Source: Eledone cirrhosa
Taxonomy: Eukaryota
Assembly: GCA_964016885.1 (NCBI GenBank)
Contig: OZ024744.1
Coordinates: 56,730,001 to 56,794,000 of the forward strand
DNA: 64,000 nt
Reading direction: 5' to 3'
Shown here: one piece after another, positions 37,101 through 53,270 of the stretch
Position numbering within the stretch: position 1 is the stretch's first letter
Layout of the letters: the number at the start of each line of letters is the position of its first letter
The notes under the pieces: generated by a model
Database searches by the model: none
What the model was told of the DNA's origin: nothing
What the model saw: only the letters and a program-made list of their open reading frames with translations
Position numbers and translations under genes: made by a program

Positions 37101-37400
37101 CCCACACTACCAACAGTACCCACACTACAAACACTACCAACACTACCAACACTATCAACACTACCAACACTATCAACACTACCAACACTACTAACACTAT
37201 CAACACTATCAACACTATCAACACTACCAACACTACCAACACTACCAACACTACCCACACTACCAACTCTACCAACACTACCAACACTACCCACACTACC
37301 CACACTACCAACACACCAACACTACCAACACTACCCACACTACCCACACTACCCACACTACCAACACTACCAACACTACCAACACTACCACCCTACCAAC
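25200..37400 (+). repeat. Rearranged copy of about 1000-13400 (offset about 24.1-24.7 kb)
   Basis: ACTGCCCAC 1927/26051, ACTCCCAAC 5050/29660, ACCGAC 6946/31609, ACTACCTAC ~7417/~32125 and ~8065/32741, ACTGCCTAC ~11412/~35324, AAT-GCT 12075/35998. Confidence 0.8.
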
Positions 37401-40400
37401 ACTACCAACACTACCAACACTACCAACACTACCAACACTACAACACTACCAACACTACCACACTACCACACTACCCAACACCTACCAACACACACCAACA
37501 CTACCAACATTACCCACACTACCAACACTACCAACACTACCAACACTACCAACACTACCAACACTACCAACACTACCCACACTACCCACACTACCAACAC
37601 TACCAACACTACCAACACTACCAACACTACCAACAATACCCACACTACCAACACTACCCACACTACCCACACTACCAACACTACCAACACTACCAACACT
37701 ACCAACACTACCCACACTACCAACACTACCAACACTACCAACACTACCAACACTACCAACACTACCAACACTACCAACACTACCAACACTACCCACACTA
37801 CCAACACTACCAACACTACCAACACTACCCACACTACGAACAGTACCAACACTACCCACACTACCCACACTACCAACACTACCAACACAACCAACACTAC
37901 CAGCACTATCAACACTACCAACACTCTACCAACACTACCAACACTACCAACACTACCAACACTACCAACAGTACCAACAGTACCCACACTACCAACACTA
38001 CCAACACTACCAACAGTACCCACACTACAAACACTACCAACACTACCCACACTACCCACACTACCAACACTACCAACACTACCAACACTACGAACACTAC
38101 CCACACTACCCACACTACCAACACTACCAACACTACGAACACTACCAACACTACACACACTACCAACACTACCAACACCACCAACACTACCAACACTACC
38201 AACACTACCAACAGTACCCACACTACCAACACTACCATCACTACCAACACTACCAACACTACCCACACTACCAACACTACCAACACTACCAACACTACCC
38301 ACACTACCAACACTACCAACACTACCAACACTACCAACACTACCAACACTACCAACACTACCCACACTACCAACACTACCAACACTACCAACACTACCAA
38401 CACTACCAACACTACCAACACTACCAACACTACCAACACTACCCACACTACCCACACTACCAACACTACCAACACTACCAACACTACCAACACTACCAAC
38501 ACTACCAACACTACTAACACTACCAACACTAACAACACTACCAACACTACCAACACTACCAACACTACCAACACTACTAACACTACCAACACTACCAACA
38601 CTACCAACACTACCAACACTACCAACATTATCAACACTACCAACACTACCAACACTGCCCACACTGCCAACACTACCAACACTACCAACACTACCAACAC
38701 TACCAACACTACCAACACTACCAACACTACCAACACCATCAACACTACCAACACTACCAACACTACCAACACTACCAACACTACCAACACTACCAACACT
38801 ACCAACACTACCAACACTACCCACACTATCAACACTACCAACACAACCAACACTACCAACACTACTAACACTACCAACACTGCCAACACTACCAACACTG
38901 CCAACACTACCCACAATACCAACACTACCAAAACTACCCACACTACCAACACCTAACAACACTACCAACACTACCAACACTTACCAACACTACCAACACT
39001 ACCAACACTGCCAACACTACCCACAATACCAACACTACCAACACTACCCACACTACCAACACTAACAACACTACCAACACTACCCACGCTACCAACACTA
39101 CCCAACACTACCAACACTACCCACACTACCAACACTACCCAACACTACCAACACTACCAACACGACCAACACTTCCAATACTACCAACACTACCAACACT
39201 ACCAACACGACCAACACTACCAACACTACCAACACTGTCAACACTACCAACACTACCAACACTACCCACACTACCAACACTACCAACACTACCAACACGA
39301 CCAACACTTCCAACACTACCAACACTACCAACACTACGAACACGACCAACACTACCAACACTACCAACAATACCAACACTGTCAACACTACCAACACTAC
39401 CAACACTACCCACACTACCAACACTACCAACACTACCAACACTACCAGCACTACCAACACTAATAACACTACCAACACTACCAACACTACCAACACTACT
39501 AACACTACCAACACTACCAACACTACCCACACTACCAACACTACCAACACTACCAATGCTACGAACACTACCAACACTACCAACACTACCAACACTACCA
39601 ACACTACCAACACTACCAACACTACAAACACTACCAACAGTACCAACAGTACCCACACTACCAACACTACCCACACTACCAACACTACCAACACTATAAA
39701 CACTACCAACACTACCAACACTACCCACACTACCAACACTGCAAACACTACACACAATACCAACACTACCAACACTACCAACACTATCAACACTATCAAC
39801 ACTATCAACACTACCAACACTACCAACACTACCAACACTACCCACACTACCAACACTACCAACACTACCAACACTACCAACACTAACAACACTACCAACA
39901 CTACCAACACTACCAACACTACCAACACTACCAACACTACCAACACTACCAACACTAACAACACTACCCACACTACCAACACTACCAACACTACCAACAC
40001 TACCCACACTACCAACACTACCAACACTACCCACACTACCCACACTACCAACACTACCAACACTACCAACACTACCAACACTACCCACACTACCCACACT
40101 ACCCACACTACCAACACTACCAACACTATCAACACTACCAACACTACCAACACTACCAACACTATCAACACTACCAACACTACCAACACTACCAACACTA
40201 CCAACAGAACCCACACTACCCACACTACCAACACTACCAACACTATCAACACTACCAACACTACCCACACTACCAACACTACCCACACTACCAACACTAC
40301 CAACACTACCAACACTATCAACACTACCAACACTATCAACACTAACAACACTACCCACACTACCAACACTACCCACACTACCAACAGTACCCCACCCTAC

Positions 40401-41852
40401 AAACACTACCAACACTACCAACACTATCAACACTATCAACACTATCAACAACCAACACTACCAACACTATCAACACTATCAACACTATCAACACTACCAA
40501 CACTACTACACCTATCACACTACAACACTACCAACACTACCAACACTACCAACACCAACACTCAACACTAACAACACTACCAACACACCACACTACCAAC
40601 ACTACCAACAGTACCCACACTACCAACACTACCAACACTACCCACACTACCCACACTACCAACACTACCAACACTACAACACTACCAACACTACCAACAC
40701 TACCAACACTACCAACACTACCAACACTACCAACACTACCAACACTACCAACACTACCAACACTACCCACACTACCCACACTACCAACACTACCAACACT
40801 ACCAACACTACCCACACTACCAACACTACCCACACTACCAACACTACCAACACTACCAACACTACCCACACTACCAACACTACCAACACTACCAACACTA
40901 CAACACTACCACACTACCAACACTACCCAACACTACCCACACTACCAACACACAACCACACTACCAACACTACCAACACTACCCAACACTACCCACACTA
41001 CCAACACTACCAACACTACCAACACTACCAACACTACCAACACTACCAACACTACCACACTACCACACTACCCACACTACCAACACTACCAACACTACCA
41101 ACACTACCAACACTACCACACTACCACACACTACCCACACTACCCACACTACCAACACTACCAACACTACCAACACTACCAACACTACCCACACTACCAA
41201 CACTACCAACACTACCAACACTACCAACACTACCAACACTACCACACTACCAACACTACCAACACTACCAACACTACCCACACTACCAACACTACCCACA
41301 CTACCCACACTACCAACACGACCAACACTACCAACACTACCAGCACTATCAACACTACCAACACTACCAACACTACCAACACTACCAACACTACCACACT
41401 ACCAACAGTACCAACAGTACCCACACTACCAACACTACCAACACTACCAACACTACCAACACTACCAACACTACCAACACTACCAACACTACCAACACTA
41501 CCAACACTACCAACACTACTAACACTACCAACACTACCAACACTACCAACACTACCAACACTACCCACACTACCAACACTACCAACACTACCAACACTAC
41601 CAACACTACAACACTACCAACACTACCAACACTACCAACACTACCCACACTACCAACACTACCAACACTACCAACACTACCAACACTACCCACACTACCC
41701 ACACTACCCACACTACCAACACTACCAACACTACCAACACTACCCACACTACCACACACCAACACTACCAACACTACCAACACTACCAACACTACCAACA
41801 CTACCAACACTACCAACACTACCAACACTACCAACACTACCAACACTACCAC
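32251..41852. other. Indel-dense segment of the array, probably low-quality long-read consensus
   Basis: Dozens of 8-, 10- and otherwise broken monomers (e.g. 32251, 32565, 32804, 33120, 33813, 34420-34490, 35630, 36470, 37440-37500, 38950, 40390-41140). I count only ten indels in the other ~54 kb. The ORF track fragments exactly here. Confidence 0.85.
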
Positions 41853-41859
41853 ACTACCA

Positions 41860-44800
41860 ACACTACCAACACTACCCACACTACCAACACTACCAACACT
41901 ACCCGCAATACCAACACTACCAACACTACCAACACTACCCACACTACCAACACTAACAACACTACCCACAATACCAACACTACCAACACGACCAACACTA
42001 TCAACACTACCAACACTACCCGCATTACCAACACTATCAACACTACCAACACTTCCAACACTACCCACACTACCAACACTATCAACACTACCAACACTAC
42101 CAACACTACCAACACTACCAACACTACCAACACTACCCACACTACCAACACTACCAACACTACCAACACTACCAACACTACCAACATTACCAACACTACC
42201 CACATTACCAACATTACCAACACTACCCACACTACCAACACTACGAACACTACCCACACTACCAACACTATGAACACTATGAACACTATCAACACTACCA
42301 ACACTATCAACACTATGAACACTATCAATACTACCAACACTACCAACACTACCAACACTACCAACACTACCAACACTATCAACACTATGAACACTATCAA
42401 CACTATGAACACTACCTACACTACTAACACTATCAACACTACCAACACTACCAACACTACCCACACTACCAACACTACCAACACTACCCACACTACCAAC
42501 ACTATCAACACTATGAACACTACCAACACTACTAACACTATCAACACTTCCAACACTACCAACACTACCCACACTACCAACACTACCAACACTACCCACA
42601 CTACCAACACTACCAACACTATCAGCAATACCAACACTACCAACACTGCCAACACTACCCACACTACCAACACTACCAACACTACCAACACTACCAACAC
42701 TACCAACACTACCAACACTACCAACACTACCAACACTACCCACACTACCAACACAACCAACACTACCAACAGTACCCACACTACCAAAACTACCATCACT
42801 ACCAACACTACCAACACTACCCACACTACCAACACTACCAACACTACCAACACTACCAACACTACCAACACTACTAACACTACCAACACTACCAACACTA
42901 CCAACACTACCAACACTACCAACACTACCAACACTAACAACACTACCAACACTACCAACACTACCAACACTACCAACATCATCAACACTACCAACACTAC
43001 CAACACTGCCCACACTGCCAACACTACCAACACTACCAACACTACCAACACTACCAACACTACCAACACTACCAACACTACCAACACTACCCACACCATC
43101 AACACTACCAACACTACCAACGCTACCAACACTACCAACACTACCAACACTACCAACACTACCAACACTACCAACACTACCAACACTACCCACACTACCC
43201 ACACTACCCACACTACCAACACTACCAACACTACCAACACTACCAACACTACCAACACTACCAACACTACCAACACTACCCACACTACCAACGCTGCCAA
43301 CACTACCCACAATACCAACACTACCAACACTACCAACACTACCAACACTACCAACACTACCCACACTACCAACACTAACAACACTACCAACACTACCCAC
43401 ACTACCAACACTACCAACACTACCAACACTACCCACACTACCAACACTACCAACACTACCCACACTACCAACACTATCAACACTATGAACACTATCAACA
43501 CTACCAACACTATCAACACTATCAACACTATCAATACTACCAACACTACCAACACTACCAACACTACCAACACTATCAACACTATGAACACTATCAACAC
43601 TATGAACACTACCTACACTACTAACACTATCAACACTACCAACACTACCAACACTACCCACACTACCAACACTACCAACACTACCCACACTACCAACACT
43701 ATCAACACTATGAACACTACCAACACTACTAACACTATCAACACTTCCAACACTACCAACACTACCCACACTACCAACACTACCAACACTACCCACACTA
43801 CCAACACTACCAACACTATCAGCAATACCAACACTACCAACACTGCCAACACTACCCACACTACCAACACTACCAACACTACCAACACTACCAACACTAC
43901 CAACACTACCAACACTACCAACACTACCAACACTACCAACACTACCAACACTACCAACACTACCCACACTACCAACACTACCAACACTACCAACAGTACC
44001 CACACTACCAAAACTACCATCACTACCAACACTACCAACACTACCCACACTACCAACACTACCAACACTACCAACACTACCAACACTACCAACACTACCA
44101 ACACTACCAACACTACCCACACTACCAACACTACCAACACTACCAACACTACCAACACTACACACACTACCCACACTACCCACACTACCAACACTACCAA
44201 CACTACCAACACTACCCACACTACCAACACTACCAACACTACCAACACTACCAACACTACCAACACTACCAACACTACCAACACTACCAACACTACCAAC
44301 ACGACCAACACTACCAACACTACCAACATTATCAACACTACCAACACTACCAACACTGCCCCACTGCCAACACTACCAACACTAGCAACACTACCAACAC
44401 TACCAACACTACCAACACTACCCACGCTACCAACACTACCAACACTACCCACACTACCCACACTACCAACACTACCAACACTACCAACACTACCAACACT
44501 ACCAACACTACCAACACTACCAACACTACCCACACTACCAACACTACCAACACTACCAACACTATCAACACTACCAACACTATCAACACTAACAACACTA
44601 CCCACACTACCAACACTACCCACACTACCAACAGTACCCACACTACAAACACTACCAACACTACCAACATGACCAACACTACCCACATTACCAACACTAC
44701 CAACACTACCCACACTACCAACACTACCAACACTACCCACACTACCAACACTATCAACACTATGAACACTATCAACACTACCAACACTATCAACACTATG

Positions 44801-45750
44801 AACACTATCAATACTACCAACACTACCAACACTACCAACACTACCAACACTATCAACACTATGAACACTATCAACACTATGAACACTACCTACACTACTA
44901 ACACTATCAACACTACCAACACTACCAACACTACCCACACTACCAACACTACCAACACTACCCACACTACCAACACTATCAACACTATGAACACTACCAA
45001 CACTACTAACACTATCAACACTTCCAACACTACCAACACTACCCACACTACCAACACTACCAACACTACCCACACTACCAACACTACCAACACTATCAGC
45101 AATACCAACACTACCAACACTGCCAACACTACCCACACTACCAACACTACCAACACTACCAACACTACCAACACTACCAACACTACCAACACTACCAACA
45201 CTACCAACACTACCAACACTACCAACACTACCCACACTACCAACACTACCAACACTACCAACAGTACCCACACTACCAAAACTACCATCACTACCAACAC
45301 TACCAACACTACCCACACTACCAACACTACCTACACTACCAACACTACCAACACTACCAACACTACTAACACTACCAACACTACCAACACTACCAACACT
45401 ACCAACACTACCAACACTACCAACACTACTAACACTACCAACACTACCAACACTACCAACACTACCAACACTACCAACATTATCAACACTACCAACACTA
45501 CCAACACTGCCCACACTGCCAACACTACCAAAACTACCAACACTACCAACACTACCAACACTACCAACACTACCAACACTACCCACACCATCAACACTAC
45601 CAACACTACCAACGCTACCAACACTACCAACACTACCAACACTACCAACACTACCAACACTACCCACACTATCAACACTACCAACACTACCAACACTACC
45701 CACACTACCAACGCTGCCAACACTACCCAGAATACCAACACTACCAACAC
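41860..45750 (+). repeat. ACTATGAAC-containing higher-order block, copy 1 (three ~1.2-kb subunits)
   Basis: Private variants CCCGC (G at 41905 and 42022), ACTATGAAC, ATCAGC-AAT (42621, 43818, 45095) and ATGACCAAC (44669). Confidence 0.9.
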
Positions 45751-46959
45751 TACCAACACTACCAACACTACCAACACTACCCACACTACCAACACTAACA
45801 ACACTACCAACACTACCCACACTACCAACACTACCAACACTACCAACACTACCCACACTACCAACACTACCAACACTACCAACACTACCAACACGACCAA
45901 CACTTCCAACACTACCAACACTACCAACACTACAAACACGACCAACACTACCAACACTACCAACACTACCAACACTGTCAACACTACCAACACTACCAAC
46001 ACTACCCACACTACCAACACTACCAACACGACCAACACTACCAACACTACCAACATTATCAACACTACCAACACTACCAACACTGCCCACACTGCCAACA
46101 CTACCAACACTAGCAACACTACCAACACTACCAACACTACCAACACTACCCACACTACCAACACTACCAACACTACCCACACTACCCACACTACCAACAC
46201 TACCAACACTACCAACACTACCAACACTACCAACACTACCAACACTACCAACACTACCCACACTACCAACACTACCAACACTACCAACACTATCAACACT
46301 ACCAACACTATCAACACTAACAACACTACCGACACTACCAACACTACCCACACTACCAACAGTACCCACACTACAAACACTACCAACACTACCAACACTA
46401 TCAACACTACCAACACTATCAACACTACCAACACTACTAACACTATCAACACTATCAACACTATCAACACTACCAACACTACCAACACTACCAACACTAC
46501 CAACACTACCAACACTAACAACACTACCAACACTACCAACACTACCAACACTACCAACAGTACCCACACTACAAACACTACCAACACTACCCACACTACC
46601 CACACTACCAACACTACCAACACTATCAACACTACCAACACTACCAACACTACCAACACTACCAACACTACCAACACTACCAACACTACCAACACTAGCA
46701 ACACTACCAACACTACCCACACTACCCACACTACCAACACTACCAACACTACCAACACTACCCACACTACCCACACTACCCACACTACCAACACTACCAA
46801 CACTACCAACACTACCCACACTACCAACACTACCAACACTACCAACACTACTAACACTACCAACACTACCAACACTACCAACACTACCAACACTACTAAC
46901 ACTACCAACACTACCAACACTACCAACACTACCAACACTATCAACACTACCCACACTAC

Positions 46960-49310
46960 CAACACTACCAACACTACCAACACTACTAATACTACCAACA
47001 CTATCAACACTACCAACACAATCAACACTACCAACACTACCAACATACCAACACTACCAACACTATCAACTCTACCAACACCAACAACACTACCAACACT
47101 ATCAACACTATCAACACTACCAACACTATCAACACTACCAACACTACTAATAGTACCAACATTACCAACACTACCAACACTACCAACACTACCAACACTA
47201 TCAACACTATCAACACTACCAACACTACTAATACTACCAACACTACCAACACTACCAACACTACCAACACTACTAATACTACCAACACTACCAACACTAG
47301 CAACACTATCAACACTACCAACACTACCAACACTACCAACACTACCAACACTACCAACACTACTAATACTACCAACATTATCAACACTACCAACACAATC
47401 AACACTAGCAACACTACCAACACTACCAACACTACCAACACTATCAACACTACCAACACTACCAACACTACCAACACTACCAACACTATCAACACTACCA
47501 ACACTATCAACACTACCAACACTACTAATAGTACCAACATTACCAACACTACCAACACTACCAACACTACCAACACTATCAACACTATCAACACTACCAA
47601 CACTACTAATACTACCAACACTACCAACACTACCAACACTACCAACACTACCAACACTACCAACACTACCAACACTACTAACACTACCAACACTATCAAC
47701 ACTACCAACACTACCAACACTACCAACACTACCAACACTACCAACACTACTAACACTACCAACACTACTAACACTACCAACACTACCAACACTACCAACA
47801 CTACCCACACTACCAACACTACCAACACTACCAACACTACCAACAGTACCAACACTACCCACACTACCAACACAAACCAACACTACCAACACTACCAACA
47901 CTAACAACACTACCAACACTACCAACACTACTAACACTACCAACACTATCAACACTACCAACACTACCAACACTACCAACACTACCAACACTACCAACAC
48001 TACCAACACTACCAACACTACAAACACTACCAACACTACTAACACTACCAACACTACCAACACTACCAACACTACCAACACTACCAACACTACTAACACT
48101 ACCAACACTACCAACACTACCAACACTACCAACACTATCAACACTACCTACACTACCAACACTATCAACACTACCAACACTACCAACACTACCCACACTA
48201 CCAACACTACCAACACTACCCACACTACCAACACTACCAACACTACCAACACTACCAACACTACCAACACTACCAACACTACCAACACTATCAACACTAC
48301 CAACACTACCAACACTACCAACACTACCAACACTACCAACACTATCAACACTACCAACACTACCAACACTACCAACACTACCAACACTATCAACACTACC
48401 AACACTACCAACACTACCAACACTACCAACACTATCAACACTACCAACACTACCAACACTACCAACACTACCAACACTACCAACACTACCAACACTACCA
48501 ACACTACCAACACTATCAACACTACCAACACTACCAACACTACCAGCACTACCAAGACCATCAACACTATCAACACTACCAACACTGCCAACACTACCAA
48601 CACTACCAACACTACCAACACTATTAACACTACCAACACTACCAACACTACCAACACTACCAACACTACCAACACTATCAACACTACCAACACTAACAAC
48701 ACTACCAACACTACTAACACTACCAACACTATCAACACTACCAACACTACCAACACTACCAACACTACCAACACTACCAACACTACCAGCACTACCAACA
48801 CTACCAACACTATCAACACTACCAACACTACCAACACTACCAACACTACCAATACTACCAACACTATCAACACTACCAACACTATCAACACTACCAACAC
48901 TACTAACACTACCAACATTACCAACACTACCAACACTACCAACAGTACCAACACTATCAACACTATCAACACTACCAACACTACTAATACTACCAACACT
49001 ACCAACACTACCAACACTACCAACACTACCAACACTACCAACACTACCAACACTACCAACACTACTAACACTACCAACACTACCAACACTACCAACACTA
49101 CCAACACTACCAACACTACTAATACTAGCAACACTATCAACACTACCAACACTACCAACACTACCAACACTACCAACACTACCAACACTACCAACACTAC
49201 AAACACTACCAACACTACCAACACTACCAACACTACCAACACTACCAACACTACTAACACTACCAACACTACCAACACTACCAACACTACCAACACTACC
49301 AACACTACCA
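46960..49310 (+). repeat. Distinct subfamily domain: poor in ACTACCCAC, rich in ACTATCAAC, ACTACTAAC and ACTACTAAT
   Basis: Only about four CAC monomers (~47800, ~47854, ~48188, ~48215) in ~260 units. The double variant ACTACTAAT is seen only here. Confidence 0.85.
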
Positions 49311-49389
49311 ACACTACCCACACTACCAACACTACCAACACTACCAACACTACCAACACTACCAACACTACCAACACTACCAACACTAC

Positions 49390-52300
49390 CAACACTACCA
49401 ACACTACCCACACTACCAACACTACCAACACTACCCGCAATACCAACACTACCAACACTACCAACACTACCCACACTACCAACACTAACAACACTACCCA
49501 CAATACCAACACTACCAACACGACCAACACTATCAACACTACCAACACTACCCGCATTACCAACACTATCAACACTACCAACACTACCAACACTACCCAC
49601 ACTACCAACACTATCAACACTACCAACACTACCAACACTACCAACACTACCAACACTACCAACACTACCCACACTACCAACACTACCAACACTACCAACA
49701 CTACCAACACTACCAACATTACCAACACTACCCACATTACCAACATTACCAACACTACCCACACTACCAACACTACCAACACTACCCACACTACCAACAC
49801 TATCAACACTATGAACACTATCAACACTACCAACACTATCAACACTATGAACACTATCAATACTACCAACACTACCAACACTACCAACACTACCAACACT
49901 ACCAACACTATCAACACTATGAACACTATCAACACTATGAACACTACCTACACTACTAACACTATCAACACTACCAACACTACCAACACTACCCACACTA
50001 CCAACACTACCAACACTACCCACACTACCAACACTATCAACACTATGAACACTACCAACACTACTAACACTATCAACACTTCCAACACTACCAACACTAC
50101 CCACACTACCGACACTACCAACACTACCCACACTACCAACACTACCAACACTATCAGCAATACCAACACTACCAACACTGCCAACACTACCCACACTACC
50201 AACACTACCAACACTACCAACACTACCAACACTACCAACACTACCAACACTACCAACACTACCAACACTACCAACACTACCCACACTACCAACACAACCA
50301 ACACTACCAACAGTACCCACACTACCAAAACTACCATCACTACCAACACTACCAACACTACCCACACTACCAACACTACCAACACTACCAACACTACCAA
50401 CACTACCAACACTACTAACACTACCAACACTACCAACACTACCAACACTACCAACACTACCAACACTACCAACACTAACAACACTACCAACACTACCAAC
50501 ACTACCAACACTACCAACATTATCAACACTACCAACACTACCAACACTGCCCACACTGCCAACACTACCAACACTACCAACACTACCAACACTACCAACA
50601 CTACCAACACTACCAACACTACCAACACTACCCACACCATCAACACTACCAACACTACCAACGCTACCAACACTACCAACACTACCAACACTACCAACAC
50701 TACCAACACTACCAACACTACCCACACTACCCACACAACCCACACTACCAACACTACCAACACTACCAACACTACCAACACTACCAACACTACCAACACT
50801 ACCCACACTACCAACGCTGCCAACACTACCCACAATACCAACACTACCAACACTACCAACACTACCAACACTACCAACACTACCCACACTACCAACACTA
50901 ACAACACTACCAACACTACCCACACTACCAACACTACCAACACTACCAACACTACCCACACTACCAACACTACCAACACTACCCACACTACCAACACTAT
51001 CAACACTATGAACACTATCAACACTACCAACACTATCAACACTATGAACACTATCAATACTACCAACACTACCAACACTACCAACACTACCAACACTATC
51101 AACACTATGAACACTATCAACACTATGAACACTACCTACATTACTAACACTATCAACACTACCAACACTACCAACACTACCCACACTACCAACACTACCA
51201 ACACTACCCACACTACCAACACTATCAACACTATGAACACTACCAACACTACTAACACTATCAACACTTCCAACACTACCAACACTACCCACACTACCAA
51301 CACTACCAACACTACCCACACTACCAACACTACCAACACTATCAGCAATACCAACACTACCAACACTGCCAACACTACCCACACTACCAACACTACCAAC
51401 ACTACCAACACTACCAACACTACCAACACTACCAACACTACCAACACTACCAACACTACCAACAATACCAACACTACCAACACTACCCACACTACCAACA
51501 CTACCAACACTACCAACAGTACCCACACTACCAAAACTACCATCATTACCAACACTACCAACACTACCCACACTACCAACACTACCAACACTACCAACAC
51601 TACCAACACTACCAACACTACCAACACTACCAACACTACCCACACTACCAACACTACCAACACTACCAACACTACCAACACTACCCACACTACCCACACT
51701 ACCCACACTACCAACACTACCAACACTACCAACACTACCCACACTACCAACACTACCAACACTACCAACACTACCAACACTACCAACACTACCAACACTA
51801 CCAACACTACCAACACGACCAACACTACCAACACTACCAACATTATCAACACTACCAACACTACCAACACTGCCCACACTGCCAACACTACCAACACTAG
51901 CAACACTACCAACACTACCAACACTACCAACACTACCCACGCTACCAACACTACCAACACTACCCACACTACCCACACTACCAACACTACCAACACTACC
52001 AACACTACCAACACTACCAACACTACCAACACTACCAACACTACCCACACTACCAACACTACCAACACTACCAACACTATCAACACTACCAACACTATCA
52101 ACACTAACAACACTACCCACACTACCAACACTACCCACACTACCAACAGTACCCACACTACAAACACTACCAACACTACCAACATGACCAACACTACCCA
52201 CATTACCAACACTACCAACACTACCCACACTACCAACACTACCAACACTACCCACACTACCAACACTATCAACACTATGAACACTATCAACACTACCAAC

Positions 52301-53270
52301 ACTATCAACACTATGAACACTATCAATACTACCAACACTACCAACACTACCAACACTACCAACACTATCAACACTATGAACACTATCAACACTATGAACA
52401 CTACCTACACTACTAACACTATCAACACTACCAACACTACCAACACTACCCACACTACCAACACTACCAACACTACCCACACTACCAACACTATCAACAC
52501 TATGAACACTACCAACACTACTAACACTATCAACACTTCCAACACTACCAACACTAACCACACTACCAACACTACCAACACTACCCACACTACCAACACT
52601 ACCAACACTATCAGCAATACCAACACTACCAACACTGCCAACACTACCCACACTACCAACACTACCAACACTACCAACACTACCAACACTACCAACACTA
52701 CCAACACTACCAACACTACCAACACTACCAACACTACCAACACTACCCACACTACCAACACTACCAACACTACCAACAGTACCCACACTACCAAAACTAC
52801 CATCACTACCAACACTACCAACACTACCCACACTACCAACACTACCTACACTACCAACACTACCAACAATACCAACACTACTAACACTACCAACACTACC
52901 AACACTACCAACACTACCAACACTACCAACACTACCAACACTACTAACACTACCAACACTACCAACACTACCAACACTCCCAACACTACCAACATTATCA
53001 ACACTACCAACACTACCAACACTGCCCACACTGCCAACACTACCAAAACTACCAACACTACCAACACTACCAACACTACCAACACTACCAACACTACCAA
53101 CACTACCCACACCATCAACACTACCAACACTACCAACGCTACCAACACTACCAACACTACCAACACTACCAACACTACCAACACTACCCACACTATCAAC
53201 ACTACCAACACTACCAACACTACCCACACTACCAACGCTGCCAACACTACCCACAATACCAACACTACCA
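49390..53270 (+). repeat. ACTATGAAC-containing higher-order block, copy 2 (offset about 7.52 kb)
   Basis: CCCGC (G at 49437 and 49554; offset 7,532), ATCAGC-AAT (50153, 51341, 52610) and ATGACCAAC (52184). Confidence 0.9.

Noticed and set aside
40390-41140. Possible foreign insertion or transposon footprint at the most disordered stretch
   Set aside because: The sequence is still made of broken ACTACCAAC monomers, with no new composition, target-site duplication or terminal repeat.
42270-44672. + strand 800-aa ORF (MNTMNTINTT...LPT), mucin-like
   Set aside because: The ATG is only the ACTATGAAC variant, the ORF changes frame at the 8-bp monomer at 44355, and it stops at the ATGACCAAC variant. 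The paralogous copy at 49.8-52.2 kb lacks that frameshift. No signal peptide or other gene context.
42267-52510. TpG double variants (ACTATGAAC, ATGACCAAC, AAT-GCT) as a 5mC deamination signature
   Set aside because: ACTATGAAC sits among ACTATCAAC monomers and is as easily a C-to-G change from ATC. ATGACCAAC at 44669 aligns with ATTACCAAC at ~42186 (T-to-G). CpG-containing variants persist in many copies. The evidence is insufficient.
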